DNA of 64,000 nt from assembly GCA_037968415.1 (NCBI GenBank), contig JBBKVM010000136.1, positions 4,886-68,885 on the forward strand. Direction: 5' to 3'. The translations under genes and the position numbers were made by a program. Position 1 is the stretch's first letter; each line of letters opens with the position of its first letter. The notes under the pieces were generated by a model. That model searched no databases, had not been told where the DNA came from, and saw only the letters and a list, made by a program, of their open reading frames with translations. The DNA comes from Bacteroidia bacterium. Its GTDB lineage: Bacteria > Bacteroidota > Bacteroidia > AKYH767-A > JBBKVM01. Positions 18,109-29,109 of this stretch are shown piece after piece.

Positions 18109-21100
18109 TTACTGTGCAAGTGAGAATCTCAAACTCACGCCCACACTGGTATTGGAAGTAGGGAAACTCGATGATATGGCAGGCTTGGTTATGTTCTGAT
18201 CATAAAACAACCGCAGATTCAAACGCTCGTTTACCACATAATCGGCCGCTGTTTTGATCGACACAATTTTCGTTCCTGCCGATATCTGATTGGTGCCTTC
18301 CAACAACTTGCGAATGATGGTTGTATTGTCGCGTATAGATAAATCGGCTGTAAGGTTTAAGTCATTGTCGATAGAAGTTTTCTTTCCGAATAAAGCGAGC
18401 GGCAATGTGAATTTGCGTATGCGGTAGCCCAGGCCAATCACAAAGTCGGTGCCTTTCACTTCGGTCACTTGTATCTGCGAATAGATAAGCGATACGGAAC
18501 GATCTTTCTTAAACTCGAATCGGGTGAGTAATCCACTCTTCCAACTCATGTCAATACCGATCAACGGTGCGTATTGTTCTGAAAGTGACACCTGATTGAT
18601 TTGATATTGCGGGATGAAGTCTCCGGTCACATCACGCGCGGTGCCACCGCTATTCACCCACTCCAGGTTGCTGCTGAAAGAGTTCACATTGTAAGTAGAA
18701 CGATATCCGTGTGTAAGCGATACCGAAGAGAAATATTTTTTCGACCACTTCATTTTTGAAAGGCCGTCATATGTAATTCGCCAGTTAGGCTTGGGAACCG
18801 CAGGGAAATTGTCTATTGCTATGTTGTTGGCATCCTTGCCTGAATATGCTGCCAGAAACGACATTGTCAACACTTCCTGCGAATTGAGTCCGTAGCCATC
18901 AATGCCCAATCGTTGAGAAATAATGGCACGGTTGGCGGCAAAGTCCTTGAACACTTCAGAAGAAAAATCATTGTTGTCTTTGGCAAATGAAGTTTTATAT
19001 AACAGGTACGAAATACTGTAGTTACCTGTCTCGGTAGGCGTGAACGACTCGAAGTCACCGTTGCTGTTGGCTCTGAAATATTCCGATTTATTGATAGATC
19101 GATTCTTTGTTCCGGTGAGTTCAATCCTCAATCCGTTAAATGGCTCAATGCTACTCCGCGCATTCAGGTTCACTGTTTTATTTCTGGTGAATGGATTGTT
19201 TTGTGTGGTATCCTTTGTGATCCAGCCGTTCTGAATGGCTTGTCCGCGAATGTCTTTCTGGCTACCGAAAATAAATCCTACACCCGGTGCAGTAAAATCA
19301 TCATTGAGTCCGAGGAATCGGTGCTTGGGTATAAAGCCGGGAAGCATGGTACCGTTCGTCTCACTCGCATTGAGAGAGAATGTTTTTATCATCATCAAAG
19401 TTTTCGCGCTGTAATACAATGGAATGGGAATTACTTTGAGTGGTTTTTTCAGACTGTCTTTGGGCGGCCGCGGTGGTGGCTTTGCGCCTGGCTTGGTGGT
19501 GTTCACACGCTTTAGGTACGGCACTTTATTGTACAACTGTGTGAGATTCATCTGTCCGGTTACCTCTTTGCGGTTGGAGTTTTGAATAGTATTGGCAAAG
19601 CTTTGTGCGTTGAGCGATGGCGCACTCCAGTCGTAATCGACTGAGTAGCGGGTGTTGATGGTGGTCCAGTCGAGCGGTGGCAGTTTGGTAGTGGGCAGAG
19701 CGTAGTTGGCGTTGGCCGTGTGATGGTAGCGTGTGTTGCGGCCCAGTTTCCAGAAGTTGGTGCGCACCGAATCTTTTTTGGCTTCAGTGTCGAGCGCACC
19801 GGCAGGTTCATCCACGCGCGATTCATTATTGGCGTTGAAATCAACTTTCAGCGACTTGGCAAGATCATGCCGGTATTCATATCGCCTTGTCATGCGGAAA
19901 TCTTTGAAGTAGGTAGGCTCAATTTGAATATCGAGTGGCGTGGTGTTGCGTTGCTTGGCTTCCTGATATACACGAACAACATCGGTGCGGAAAGCCAGCG
20001 AGCTTGGCTTCAAATTGAAGTTGAAGTCTTTGACCAGCGATGCGTATTTGGTGGTTCCGAAAACGGTCGTTTTCTGGAAGGGTGATATGCTCTTGGGTGT
20101 GGTGCTGAAGTTGTATCCGATGGCACCATTATATGTTTTGCGTGTATCGTAATCTACAGTGGGCGTGCGCCTGTACTCTTCGGTGTATGCGTATGTCAGG
20201 CTTAAATTTTCTACATCGTAGATTCGCGATTTGGTGCTGCCGCCACGCTTCTCTTTCTTCACGTTGGTGAAATTGATGGACCTACGTTTGGTATAATCTT
20301 GTGTGAGATGTTTCAGCGAATCGCGCGCTTCGGATGACGACAAGTTGTCAATAGAATTTTTCAGCAGCACATCGGGGTCGAGTGGATTGTACTGAGGATT
20401 GCGAAAGGCTTCCGAGAATCCAAGGTACATCGGCACACGCAGCCCTACTTTATCCGGCAGGAATTTTCCCATTTCAAACGTGGACGACAAGTCGTAGGAA
20501 GTAATGTTTTCGCGGCTGCGCTCATTTATTTTTTGCTCCAGCTTTCCCCACCCAAAAGTGGAGTGCGTGCCGGCCAGTGATATATTTCCAAAGTCAGCCA
20601 GCTTGGTGGTGATGCGTGAGTTGGCCGCCCACCCTCCGTTCTCATCAAAGTCGGTAAGACGCAATTCGTTTACCCACACTTCGCCACATTTCTCCAGTCC
20701 GTCATCGCCATCATTTGCCAACAGTTTTTTAGGATTGCGAATACCGATCATCAGCGTGCGCACATCACTTAAGTTAGGCGTACCCACTATGGTGATTCTG
20801 CGCGTGTTGCCATTTTCATCTGTGATGCTTACTGTGTATGGCGAGCTGAGCGAGATGGAACTGTTTTGCTGCATGGCCACATTTCGCATTTGTTTTGCAT
20901 CCAACAAATCCTGCAATTCGATAATCATGTCGTTGGCGGCAGGCCATATCAAATTGGGGTCGCTGGTGGGTGGCTTTGTTACTTTCAGCGGCACCTCATA
21001 TTCGTAGTAGTTGCTGTTGAAATCGATACCCATACGCACAAACACGCTAAGGTCTCCATCATTCAAAGCATCGTTGCCGGGGCCGGCTTCTGCGTGAATA

Positions 21101-24100
21101 AACATGCGAATCTTCTTGTAGTTTCGCACATCAAACTGTGTATTTTTAAATGCCGCGCGCGCCTGGCCATCCTGCAACTTACACACACGCAGCAACAAAG
21201 ATTGTTCGTTGAGTTTCTGCAGGTTACTAGATCCCACATTGATCTCCCTGTCTATGCCGGGAGGCAACACGTAAGGAATCGGCTTCTTGGAAGAGTTCTC
21301 TTCAATGTTCACCGTGGTCACATCAAACGTGGTACCAAATGAATTATCGTCTGGCAAATACTCACCGGCCTGATCAAGGTTGAAGGTGTATTTGCGCCAT
21401 TCGCCACGCACCAGCTGCAGCTTGGCAAAACGCAGGATAATGTTTTTGTCAAATCCTTTTACAAACATGCGCACAAAACCTATCGATTTAAAATCTTCAA
21501 TGTTACCTACAGTGGTCTCTGGCGATTTTACAGGAATCTTAAACTGGTACCAGGTTACTGTTTCTACATCGTTGTTCTTCACCTTTACGGTGGCTTCTAT
21601 TTTATCGGTGATATAGTTTTGGCCAACCACCAGCGAGTTGGGTGTGAGTGCCACACGGTACTGGAAATAATTTTCGGCTGTGTTGAGCGTATTGTCACGG
21701 TTTATATCCTCGTTGTCAGGAATATTGGTAGCAGAAGTTGGATACGATTCGGGCGATTGGTTTGAAGTGGGTGAATTGCCATCAGGCATATTGAACTGTT
21801 TGTATCTGTTCTGGATGTTCACCTGTGAATTGTCAAAATCGGTACCGCGATAGTAATGGAAATTATCGCCCGATGGATCACCATTAGCAAGTTGATATGC
21901 ACCTGAATTCACACCGTGCAACGCGGCAATCTCATCAAGGTAGGCTGCTTTAAAGAACACTTTTTCATTTGCTGTACTCAATCCATCCAATCCCACATCT
22001 TGAAATGCGCGAGAGGCGGGATCGTTATCAAACGCGTTGACCAGCGCCTGGCTGGCGGGCACAATGCCCCACACGGTAGTTTCAGTAGCAGATGGAATGT
22101 TGGCTGTGGGCAACCCGTTTTCAAAGCTCTTTTTGCCATCGCGCAACACATCTTCCGAAATATTTCCAAGGTTGAAATACAAGTCACCAGAGGTTGGGCC
22201 CTCTCCGCCCAGCTTGCCGGTAATGAAAGGATCGAGCATCCAGAATTCGATAAACTCCACGTTGGAAGCTTCAAAGTCAGTGGTCTCGAGCCTGCGCTGC
22301 AAGCCTGCCCAACGCGTTTGCGGGTTGGCAAGTGTACCATCTGCATTAATACCGCTTGATATGCCTGCAACAGGAGCCACGTCAAAATTGTATGGGCCGC
22401 GCTCCGTTGGGTAATAGGCGAGATTGAATACAGAAAGTGCGGTGGCCTGGCCGGTGCCGCTTTCTTTGTTGGGAAATATTTCAGTCTCTAAAACCTCGCG
22501 TACGTAGTGGTTGGAAGCCAGGTCGGGGTTGTTTTTGATATGCGTGGGCGTGAGCGTATTGTCACGATAAAATAATGGGTCTACTACATACCAAGCGGCA
22601 AGCGCGCGGTTGAATCCGCTCTGAAGTGATGATGCGAACCCGGCTTCAGGAAACAATGAAGGCTGATTTTGAGGTACGCTGGAATGAAACCAAGTGCCAA
22701 TGTTTTTCAAATCGATGGTTGATTCACTGCCTTCAAAATCATCGATGTATGCCGCACCAGCTTTGGTGATTGACTTGGGGTGGCCGGGCACAAACTGCGC
22801 AAACTCACCTGTCACGGTTACTGTTGATACCTCTTTGGTTTCGAGCAGTGGCAGTTTATCAACCAGTTTGGTAATGAACCGCGATTCGGTGCGATAGGTT
22901 CCGTCTATTCCCCAAATGGTGTTGGAGATTGGCTCATCACCAAAATTTACTTTTTTGGTAAGTGGTCGTTCGTTAAGATGTAACAACGTTGCGCCCAAAG
23001 CAAAATCTTTATTGATTTCGTAATCAAAGCGGGTACCAATCAACGTTTTGCTTTGTATGCTGAACAATGAATTACTCTCAAGGGAAATATCAATAGGTGT
23101 TCCTGAATTGAGAATTCCCTGATTGATGATTTTCACACGACCTAAATTATAATCTACAGTGTAGTCTACATTCTCGGTAAGTTTTATTCCGCCAGCGGTA
23201 ACCGACACTGCACCTTGCGGTATGTTGAATGCATTGAGCGAAATTTCTGAACTTGAAGATGACTGATAGGTTCCCTTGAGTGTAAACTTGTTGAGGTGCG
23301 GAAACTGCTGCTGTGCGGTGGTTTTGGTAGAGTCGTAGAGTGGATCAAATACGTATGCGTTGGCCAACGGGTCGCCCGGGTTAAACTTTGTCCGCAGGTG
23401 ACTGCCAAATGGCTCGAGCACAGGGAAAATAATTCTTCCATTGGATGAACGGATGGTGGTACCTTCCAAATAGTCAAACACTCCATCGGGCTGCGGGTCG
23501 TTTTGCGAGTTTAGGTTATCAAGGTTCATGACCCGAATCAAAGGTATGCCTGTGATGCCGGGTTGCCCGCTGATGGGTATATAGGGAATGCTTGTGCCGG
23601 TGTTGCTATCGAAATAAAGCACATCTAGTTTGAAGTCTTTGGGCTGAACCTGAAATGCACCAATTGAATAAATGTTCTTCATCATCAGTTGCCAGGTGGG
23701 CAACTTGGTACTCACATTACTACTCTTCAGCATTTTCACAAACAACACCTGTGGTGGTGTAATTCCGTCTGTGGTGAGGTCACCTACTTTGTAAATAGTG
23801 TTTCCAATTGTGTACTCAAATCCTACTGCAAGCATTTCGCCTGAGTTCAAAGCGTTGTTGAGCGAAATATATCCCAGTTTGCTGTTGAATGTGTACTCCG
23901 TAGTGCTCAGTTTTTTTGCAAATTCAAGTTGTTCGTAATCAACGCCAGCGGAGAAAGCGTTGAGCGCACCATCAATGCTGGAAAAATCCCGAGAGGGCAA
24001 AAGCGTGTTTACATTAGCATACAAGTTGTTTGCAGGATTGGCGGGATAAATTGCGGGTGAGCCCACCACTTGCGTGGTGTTGTAAGGGTTGGGTTCGGCC

Positions 24101-25206
24101 AAATCGAGAAGTCCCAGGATGTTTCGTGTGTTTTCAGTCACCCCAGATTTGTTGGTCACCCATACCTCAATTTTGGTAATGTTGAAGGGAGATGATATGA
24201 TCGGCAGATTGGAAAGAAATTGATCGTAGTTGTCTTTGAAATATTGCGATATGAAATAGTGCTTGTTCGACTCATACTGATCGGCAGAAATTTCAAACGT
24301 GCTTGTTTGTGCGCCACCTGCCACTTGCACTGTTGATGTTTTTCCTTTTTGCTGCGAAAACACCGTGGTCATTGTGAGGCGGCCAAACTTGAGGGCCGTT
24401 TTTATTCCAAACAAACTCTGCGAACCAGTGATGAGCGATCCTGAAAGCGGAAGTGTCACATTACCCGCTTCTATTTTTTGGATGATTTCATCTTCGTATC
24501 CTGTGTACTCCAGTTTCATCTGATTCTCGAAATCGAAAGTAGCCTCGGTATTGTAATTGGTGGTAATCTTGAGCTTGTCGCCAATTTGCCCTACCACATT
24601 CATCTGTATGCGTTCTTTGAAGTCGAAGGTGGTGAGTCTGCGTTGTTTTTCGGGCAGCGCAGGGTTTTCGTTTTTAGAAATATTGGCGCCAAAAATCAAC
24701 TCAGCTGAACCCTGCGGGCGAATGTCTACTGTGTTGCCTCCAAATATGCGGTCGAATGCTTGGCCACCCACGTGTAGTTTGGGAATGATGCCTTTGCGTT
24801 GCACCAGCAAATCCTCGCCCGACCTTTGTTTCCAATATTTGCGCGTAGAGTTACGATACTCCTCATTCACAAAATCATTAAAAGTCATATATGTGGGGTT
24901 GCGGTAAAACATCTCCCCAATATTTTCATTGATGTTGTACTCGTGAGTTTTGGGATCGTATTCTACGGTGGTGGTAACGTTAGATGGATCGCCAAGGTAA
25001 AGGGGGCTGTTGCTGTATGGGTTGCTAAATATATCGGTGTTGCGATCGGGAAAAGGATAAGGTAACACAAGTGTATCAGAGTCACCGGGCGCAAGCGCCC
25101 CCAGCGCTGAAGTATCATACGGATCAGCAGGTCCTGAGGCCCAAACACCAGAAAGCACTGTCAGCGCACCTACACCGGACAAAAAGTATTTAGTTACGCT
25201 ATTCAA
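18109..25206 (-). CDS. sprA: SprA, type IX secretion system translocon / gliding-motility cell-surface protein
   Basis: 2365 aa beta-rich giant protein with a signal peptide. Size and composition match SprA/Sov. It starts with TTG, with no in-frame ATG near the N-terminus. Confidence 0.85.
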   Translation of the reverse strand: MNSVTKYFLSGVGALTVLSGVWASGPADPYDTSALGALAPGDSDTLVLPYPFPDRNTDIFSNPYSNSPLYLGDPSNVTTTVEYDPKTHEYNINENIGEMFYRNPTYMTFNDFVNEEYRNSTRKYWKQRSGEDLLVQRKGIIPKLHVGGQAFDRIFGGNTVDIRPQGSAELIFGANISKNENPALPEKQRRLTTFDFKERIQMNVVGQIGDKLKITTNYNTEATFDFENQMKLEYTGYEDEIIQKIEAGNVTLPLSGSLITGSQSLFGIKTALKFGRLTMTTVFSQQKGKTSTVQVAGGAQTSTFEISADQYESNKHYFISQYFKDNYDQFLSNLPIISSPFNITKIEVWVTNKSGVTENTRNILGLLDLAEPNPYNTTQVVGSPAIYPANPANNLYANVNTLLPSRDFSSIDGALNAFSAGVDYEQLEFAKKLSTTEYTFNSKLGYISLNNALNSGEMLAVGFEYTIGNTIYKVGDLTTDGITPPQVLFVKMLKSSNVSTKLPTWQLMMKNIYSIGAFQVQPKDFKLDVLYFDSNTGTSIPYIPISGQPGITGIPLIRVMNLDNLNSQNDPQPDGVFDYLEGTTIRSSNGRIIFPVLEPFGSHLRTKFNPGDPLANAYVFDPLYDSTKTTAQQQFPHLNKFTLKGTYQSSSSSEISLNAFNIPQGAVSVTAGGIKLTENVDYTVDYNLGRVKIINQGILNSGTPIDISLESNSLFSIQSKTLIGTRFDYEINKDFALGATLLHLNERPLTKKVNFGDEPISNTIWGIDGTYRTESRFITKLVDKLPLLETKEVSTVTVTGEFAQFVPGHPKSITKAGAAYIDDFEGSESTIDLKNIGTWFHSSVPQNQPSLFPEAGFASSLQSGFNRALAAWYVVDPLFYRDNTLTPTHIKNNPDLASNHYVREVLETEIFPNKESGTGQATALSVFNLAYYPTERGPYNFDVAPVAGISSGINADGTLANPQTRWAGLQRRLETTDFEASNVEFIEFWMLDPFITGKLGGEGPTSGDLYFNLGNISEDVLRDGKKSFENGLPTANIPSATETTVWGIVPASQALVNAFDNDPASRAFQDVGLDGLSTANEKVFFKAAYLDEIAALHGVNSGAYQLANGDPSGDNFHYYRGTDFDNSQVNIQNRYKQFNMPDGNSPTSNQSPESYPTSATNIPDNEDINRDNTLNTAENYFQYRVALTPNSLVVGQNYITDKIEATVKVKNNDVETVTWYQFKIPVKSPETTVGNIEDFKSIGFVRMFVKGFDKNIILRFAKLQLVRGEWRKYTFNLDQAGEYLPDDNSFGTTFDVTTVNIEENSSKKPIPYVLPPGIDREINVGSSNLQKLNEQSLLLRVCKLQDGQARAAFKNTQFDVRNYKKIRMFIHAEAGPGNDALNDGDLSVFVRMGIDFNSNYYEYEVPLKVTKPPTSDPNLIWPAANDMIIELQDLLDAKQMRNVAMQQNSSISLSSPYTVSITDENGNTRRITIVGTPNLSDVRTLMIGIRNPKKLLANDGDDGLEKCGEVWVNELRLTDFDENGGWAANSRITTKLADFGNISLAGTHSTFGWGKLEQKINERSRENITSYDLSSTFEMGKFLPDKVGLRVPMYLGFSEAFRNPQYNPLDPDVLLKNSIDNLSSSEARDSLKHLTQDYTKRRSINFTNVKKEKRGGSTKSRIYDVENLSLTYAYTEEYRRTPTVDYDTRKTYNGAIGYNFSTTPKSISPFQKTTVFGTTKYASLVKDFNFNLKPSSLAFRTDVVRVYQEAKQRNTTPLDIQIEPTYFKDFRMTRRYEYRHDLAKSLKVDFNANNESRVDEPAGALDTEAKKDSVRTNFWKLGRNTRYHHTANANYALPTTKLPPLDWTTINTRYSVDYDWSAPSLNAQSFANTIQNSNRKEVTGQMNLTQLYNKVPYLKRVNTTKPGAKPPPRPPKDSLKKPLKVIPIPLYYSAKTLMMIKTFSLNASETNGTMLPGFIPKHRFLGLNDDFTAPGVGFIFGSQKDIRGQAIQNGWITKDTTQNNPFTRNKTVNLNARSSIEPFNGLRIELTGTKNRSINKSEYFRANSNGDFESFTPTETGNYSISYLLYKTSFAKDNNDFSSEVFKDFAANRAIISQRLGIDGYGLNSQEVLTMSFLAAYSGKDANNIAIDNFPAVPKPNWRITYDGLSKMKWSKKYFSSVSLTHGYRSTYNVNSFSSNLEWVNSGGTARDVTGDFIPQYQINQVSLSEQYAPLIGIDMSWKSGLLTRFEFKKDRSVSLIYSQIQVTEVKGTDFVIGLGYRIRKFTLPLALFGKKTSIDNDLNLTADLSIRDNTTIIRKLLEGTNQISAGTKIVSIKTAADYVVNERLNLRLFYDQNITKPAISSSFPTSNTSVGVSLRFSLAQ

Positions 25207-25280
25207 ACTTTATCAATGGTTCTGAGCATAATCAATTAGCATGATGTTGCTTTGGCTTACAATACTTATTTCGTGAAAAC

Positions 25281-25300
25281 AAAAAACCCCTTTCAAAGGG
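25281..25300 (-). terminator. Terminator downstream of ruvA, preceding the sprA promoter region
   Basis: Minus-strand RNA CCCUU-uga-AAGGG followed by GUUUUUU. Confidence 0.45.
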
Positions 25301-25350
25301 TTCAAAAATAATTAAAATATAAAAAAGCAGAAGCTTCTTTGTGGTTAGTT

Positions 25351-25929
25351 TTAAAGACTTTTCAACGATAGCTTCACAAGGTCTTCTATGGCCATCTCTG
25401 TATTGTCTTTCAAAATCTTATCTAGTGCTTTCTCTACTGCTAATTTTGGGAAACCTAATGTTACCAGTGCACTTAACGCTTCTGCACGGTGTGTATTGCC
25501 CTTTCCGGCCACCAAAGTGTACATTTCTTCCTTTTTCATTTTGTCTTTCAGATCAATAATAATACGCATGGCCGATTTTGCTCCAATACCTTTAATGCCT
25601 TGTAACAGTGGGGCATTGCCTTCGGCTATGGCATGTTGAATCTCTGCCGGTGACATAGACGACAAAATCATCCTTGCAGTACCAGCGCCAACTCCTGATA
25701 CAGATATCAGCTGCCGAAAAATCATACGCTCTTCTTCATCTACAAATCCAAACAACGTGTGTGCGTCTTCTTTGATTGACAGATGGGTGAAGATAGTCAC
25801 CTGTTCTGTATCAGGCACGCGGGTGTATGTATGCAAGCTGATATTGATAAAATATCCTACTCCTGCAGCTTCAACTACAAGTTGAGTGGGTGTTTTAGAC
25901 ACTAATCGGCCTTTAATAAATTCTATCAT
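25351..25929 (-). CDS. ruvA: Holliday junction branch-migration protein RuvA
   Basis: 192 aa. MIEFIKGRL..GVGY..HhH motifs GIGAKSA. Confidence 0.9.
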   Translation of the reverse strand: MIEFIKGRLVSKTPTQLVVEAAGVGYFINISLHTYTRVPDTEQVTIFTHLSIKEDAHTLFGFVDEEERMIFRQLISVSGVGAGTARMILSSMSPAEIQHAIAEGNAPLLQGIKGIGAKSAMRIIIDLKDKMKKEEMYTLVAGKGNTHRAEALSALVTLGFPKLAVEKALDKILKDNTEMAIEDLVKLSLKSL

Positions 25930-28196
25930 CCGTTGGTGCGTGATTGGGCATCCACTACGGCAATGGTCACCATGTTAACTATTTCGCGCACCGAACTTCC
26001 CAGTTGCAAAATGTGCACGGGCTTGTTCATTCCAAGAAGTACCGGCCCTATGGCCTCAGCCTCGCCAAGTTCCTGCATCAGTTTGTATGCAATGTTTCCG
26101 GCTTCAAGGCTTGGGAATATCATGGTGTTGGCGCCTGAATGCGCCAATTCTGAAAATGGGAAGTTGTCGCGTAACAGGCTGGGGTTGAGGGCAAAATTGG
26201 CCTGTATTTCACCATCGATAATGATATCAGGGTATTTCACATGTATGCGCTCTACGGCTTCGGCCACTTTGCGCGCACGCGGATCTTCTGACGAACCAAA
26301 ATTAGAGAACGACAGCATGGCTATGCGTGGGGTGTGGTTAAATTGCCTTACTGCAGTGGCTGTGAGGTGGGCTATTTCTACAAGTTCTTCTACAGTAGGA
26401 TTAACATTGATGGTGGTATCAGCAAAAAAGAATGGACCTTTTTTGGTAACCAAAATGTACATTCCTGCCACACGGGCTACGCCTTCCTGCGTTCCGATAA
26501 TTTGCAGCGAGGGCCTGATGGTATCGCTGTATTTTCTGGTGAGTCCAGAAATGAGTGCATCCGCTTCGCCCAACTCTACCATCATAGATGCAAAATAATT
26601 TCGCTCGCGCATGATTTTTCGCGCTTCGTACATGGTAAAGCCTTTGCGCTTGCGCTTCTGGAAAAAGATTTCGCCAAAGCTTTGGAGCTTTGATTCATCT
26701 GCGCGTGGGTCAATGATGGTGATGTCGCCCAGCTCCAGGTTGTTTTCTTCCATCAGGCTGGTAATCTTCTCTACGTTGCCGAGCAATATCGGATGTGCTA
26801 TGCCTTCATCACGCACCACTTGTGCGGCTTTCAATATTTTATAATTGTCGGCTTCGGCAAACACCACGCGCTTTGGGTTTTGGCGCGCTTTGCTGGTCAC
26901 GATACGTATCAGTTTGTTGTCAAGCCCCAGTCGCTTTACCAATTCTTCGCGGTAGTCGTCCCAGTTGGCTATTGTTTTTTGTGCCACACCCGAATCTATG
27001 GCGGCCTTGGCCACCGCAGGAGCTACAATTTCGATTAGGCGTGGGTCGAGTGGTTTGGGTATAATATATTCTCTGCCAAATACAATGTTCTTTTTGTTGT
27101 AGGCCAGGTTCACGATTTCAGGCACAGGCTCGCGCGCCAGATCGGCCAGTGCGCGCACTGCGGCAAGCTTCATTTCTTCATTGATGCGGGTGGCTCTTAC
27201 GTCCAAAGCACCACGAAATATGTAAGGGAACCCCAGAACGTTGTTCACTTGATTAGGATAATCAGATCTGCCGGTAGCGATGATGATGTCCGTCCGTGCC
27301 TCCACAGCTTTTTCGTAGGCTATCTCAGGGTCGGGATTGGCGAGGGCAAATACAATGGGGTTTTTGGCCATCGACTTCACCATCTTCTGCGTTACCACAT
27401 CTCCTTTCGATAGGCCCAGAAAAACGTCAGCGTCTTTCATGGCTTGCTCGAGGGTGTCTATCTTCCTGTCAGTGGCGAAATATTGCTTGCTCGCATCAAG
27501 ATTCTCGCGCTTCTTGTTTATCACTCCGGTGCTGTCCAACATTACAATGTTTTCGAGTTTGGCCCCCAGGGCTAAGTACAACTTTGCGCATGAAATGGCC
27601 GAGGCTCCTGCTCCATTCACTACTACTTTTACTTTCCCTATTTTTTTCTTGGCCAACTCGAGCGCGTTAATAAAAGCGGCAGCAGAAATAATCGCTGTAC
27701 CATGCTGGTCATCATGCATGATCGGAATATTCAACTCCTCTTTCAATCGTTGCTCTATCGCAAAACACTCCGGTGCTTTTATGTCCTCAAGATTGATGCC
27801 TCCAAAAGTAGGTGCGATGGCCTTCACGGTGGCAACAAATTCCTCCACACGCTGTTCGTTTATTTCAATATCAAAAACATCGATGTCAGCAAATATTTTG
27901 AATAGCAGCCCCTTTCCTTCCATCACTGGCTTGGATGCTTCGGGCCCAATGTTCCCCAATCCCAACACCGCGGTGCCATTGGTAATCACTGCTACCAAAT
28001 TTCCTTTTACTGTGTATTTGTAAACATCTTCAGGGTTTTCGCTAATGCGTATGCAGGGCTCGGCCACGCCCGGTGAATAAGCAAGGGCAAGGTCGCGCTG
28101 TGAACTGTATGGTTTAGTCGGAACTACTTCTATTTTGCCGGGACGGCCTTGTGCGTGATAATCGAGCGCGTCCTGTTTCCTGTTAATCTTGGGCAT
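25926..28196 (-). CDS. maeB: NADP-dependent malic enzyme with C-terminal phosphotransacetylase-like domain
   Basis: 756 aa. Malic-enzyme N-terminal motifs (YSPGVAEPC, VVNGAGASAI) plus a PTA-like C-terminal half. The stop overlaps the ruvA start (ATGA). Confidence 0.9.
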   Translation of the reverse strand: MPKINRKQDALDYHAQGRPGKIEVVPTKPYSSQRDLALAYSPGVAEPCIRISENPEDVYKYTVKGNLVAVITNGTAVLGLGNIGPEASKPVMEGKGLLFKIFADIDVFDIEINEQRVEEFVATVKAIAPTFGGINLEDIKAPECFAIEQRLKEELNIPIMHDDQHGTAIISAAAFINALELAKKKIGKVKVVVNGAGASAISCAKLYLALGAKLENIVMLDSTGVINKKRENLDASKQYFATDRKIDTLEQAMKDADVFLGLSKGDVVTQKMVKSMAKNPIVFALANPDPEIAYEKAVEARTDIIIATGRSDYPNQVNNVLGFPYIFRGALDVRATRINEEMKLAAVRALADLAREPVPEIVNLAYNKKNIVFGREYIIPKPLDPRLIEIVAPAVAKAAIDSGVAQKTIANWDDYREELVKRLGLDNKLIRIVTSKARQNPKRVVFAEADNYKILKAAQVVRDEGIAHPILLGNVEKITSLMEENNLELGDITIIDPRADESKLQSFGEIFFQKRKRKGFTMYEARKIMRERNYFASMMVELGEADALISGLTRKYSDTIRPSLQIIGTQEGVARVAGMYILVTKKGPFFFADTTINVNPTVEELVEIAHLTATAVRQFNHTPRIAMLSFSNFGSSEDPRARKVAEAVERIHVKYPDIIIDGEIQANFALNPSLLRDNFPFSELAHSGANTMIFPSLEAGNIAYKLMQELGEAEAIGPVLLGMNKPVHILQLGSSVREIVNMVTIAVVDAQSRTNG

Positions 28197-28271
28197 TTTA
28201 GATTTTTATTGTAAGGCGTTAAAATTACTATATAATATGGAATTGGATACGGAGAACGCGTGGGCTTAAAA

Positions 28272-28310
28272 AAAGCAAAAGCCGCAGATAAAATCTGCGG
28301 CTTTTGCTTG
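28272..28310 (-). terminator. Rho-independent terminator downstream of the T9SS cargo gene and upstream of maeB
   Basis: GCCGCAGAT-aaa-ATCTGCGGC, a perfect 9-bp stem flanked by A- and T-runs. Confidence 0.6.
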
Positions 28311-28323
28311 TTATAATTTTTTA

Positions 28324-29046
28324 TCAGTTGGCGCGCTTGTGCGCAACGACAATTTTGCGAGTAACGATTGGCTTGTTGCCATCAACCAGGCTCACAAAAT
28401 AAAATCCGGCATCAAAAGCCCAGGTAGGTATTACGACCACACCGGAACGCTCTGTCAACGGTTGTTCTTTCACTATGGAGCCCAAAATATTGCGAACTAC
28501 AAGTTTGGCATCAAAACTCATTCCTACTGCGTCAAAACGGAAGGCCACTGCGCGATCAGCAGGATTGGGATATCCCTGAGAGAAAATCTTAGCCTTTACT
28601 GATTCATTGATGCCGGTTGAATTTACATCATATGTAATGGTGATGCTGGCTTTGTCATTGGGATTATTGAGATCGTAAACTGTGTATTCCACAATGCTTA
28701 CGCCCACGTTATTGTAAGGGCTGATGGTCCCTTTAAAGGAATTGTCTGTGACTCCCGCTCCAAGCAATACGGTATCAGTAGCTACATCCGTACCAGGACC
28801 ATAGCAAGAAGGACCCCAGCAAAAATTATTGAACTGCCCCGAAGCCAGCGTTACAATCTGACGCTTGGCAATCACATATTTCATAGTAGAACTGGTGTTC
28901 ACTACCTGCATGTAGGCATCTATTGCAGATGCAGGGTCACCGGTGTAGGTGGTTTGCGCGCTGGTGATGGTGAAACTTTGAGCGCTGGCTATTCCGGCTG
29001 CAAATATGGTAATTGCGAAAAAAGAAAGTAATTTTTTAATCATCAT
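28324..29046 (-). CDS. Small secreted protein with T9SS C-terminal sorting domain
   Basis: Signal peptide MMIKKLLSFFAITIFAAGIASAQ (start moved to the ATG pair at 29046/29043). C-terminus ..LVVRNILGSIVKEQPL..GFYFVSLVDGNKPIVTRKIVV is a typical type-A CTD. Confidence 0.6.
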   Translation of the reverse strand: MMIKKLLSFFAITIFAAGIASAQSFTITSAQTTYTGDPASAIDAYMQVVNTSSTMKYVIAKRQIVTLASGQFNNFCWGPSCYGPGTDVATDTVLLGAGVTDNSFKGTISPYNNVGVSIVEYTVYDLNNPNDKASITITYDVNSTGINESVKAKIFSQGYPNPADRAVAFRFDAVGMSFDAKLVVRNILGSIVKEQPLTERSGVVVIPTWAFDAGFYFVSLVDGNKPIVTRKIVVAHKRAN

Positions 29047-29109
29047 GTTTAATTTTCGGAGTTGTAAAAATAGCATTTCTCTTTTTACCATCAAAGGAAA
29101 AAGATAGCC

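Noticed and set aside
19040-24907. Numerous 60-170-aa plus-strand ORFs inside the sprA coding region
   Set aside because: These are antisense shadow ORFs within a 7-kb gene. They have low-complexity composition and no motifs.
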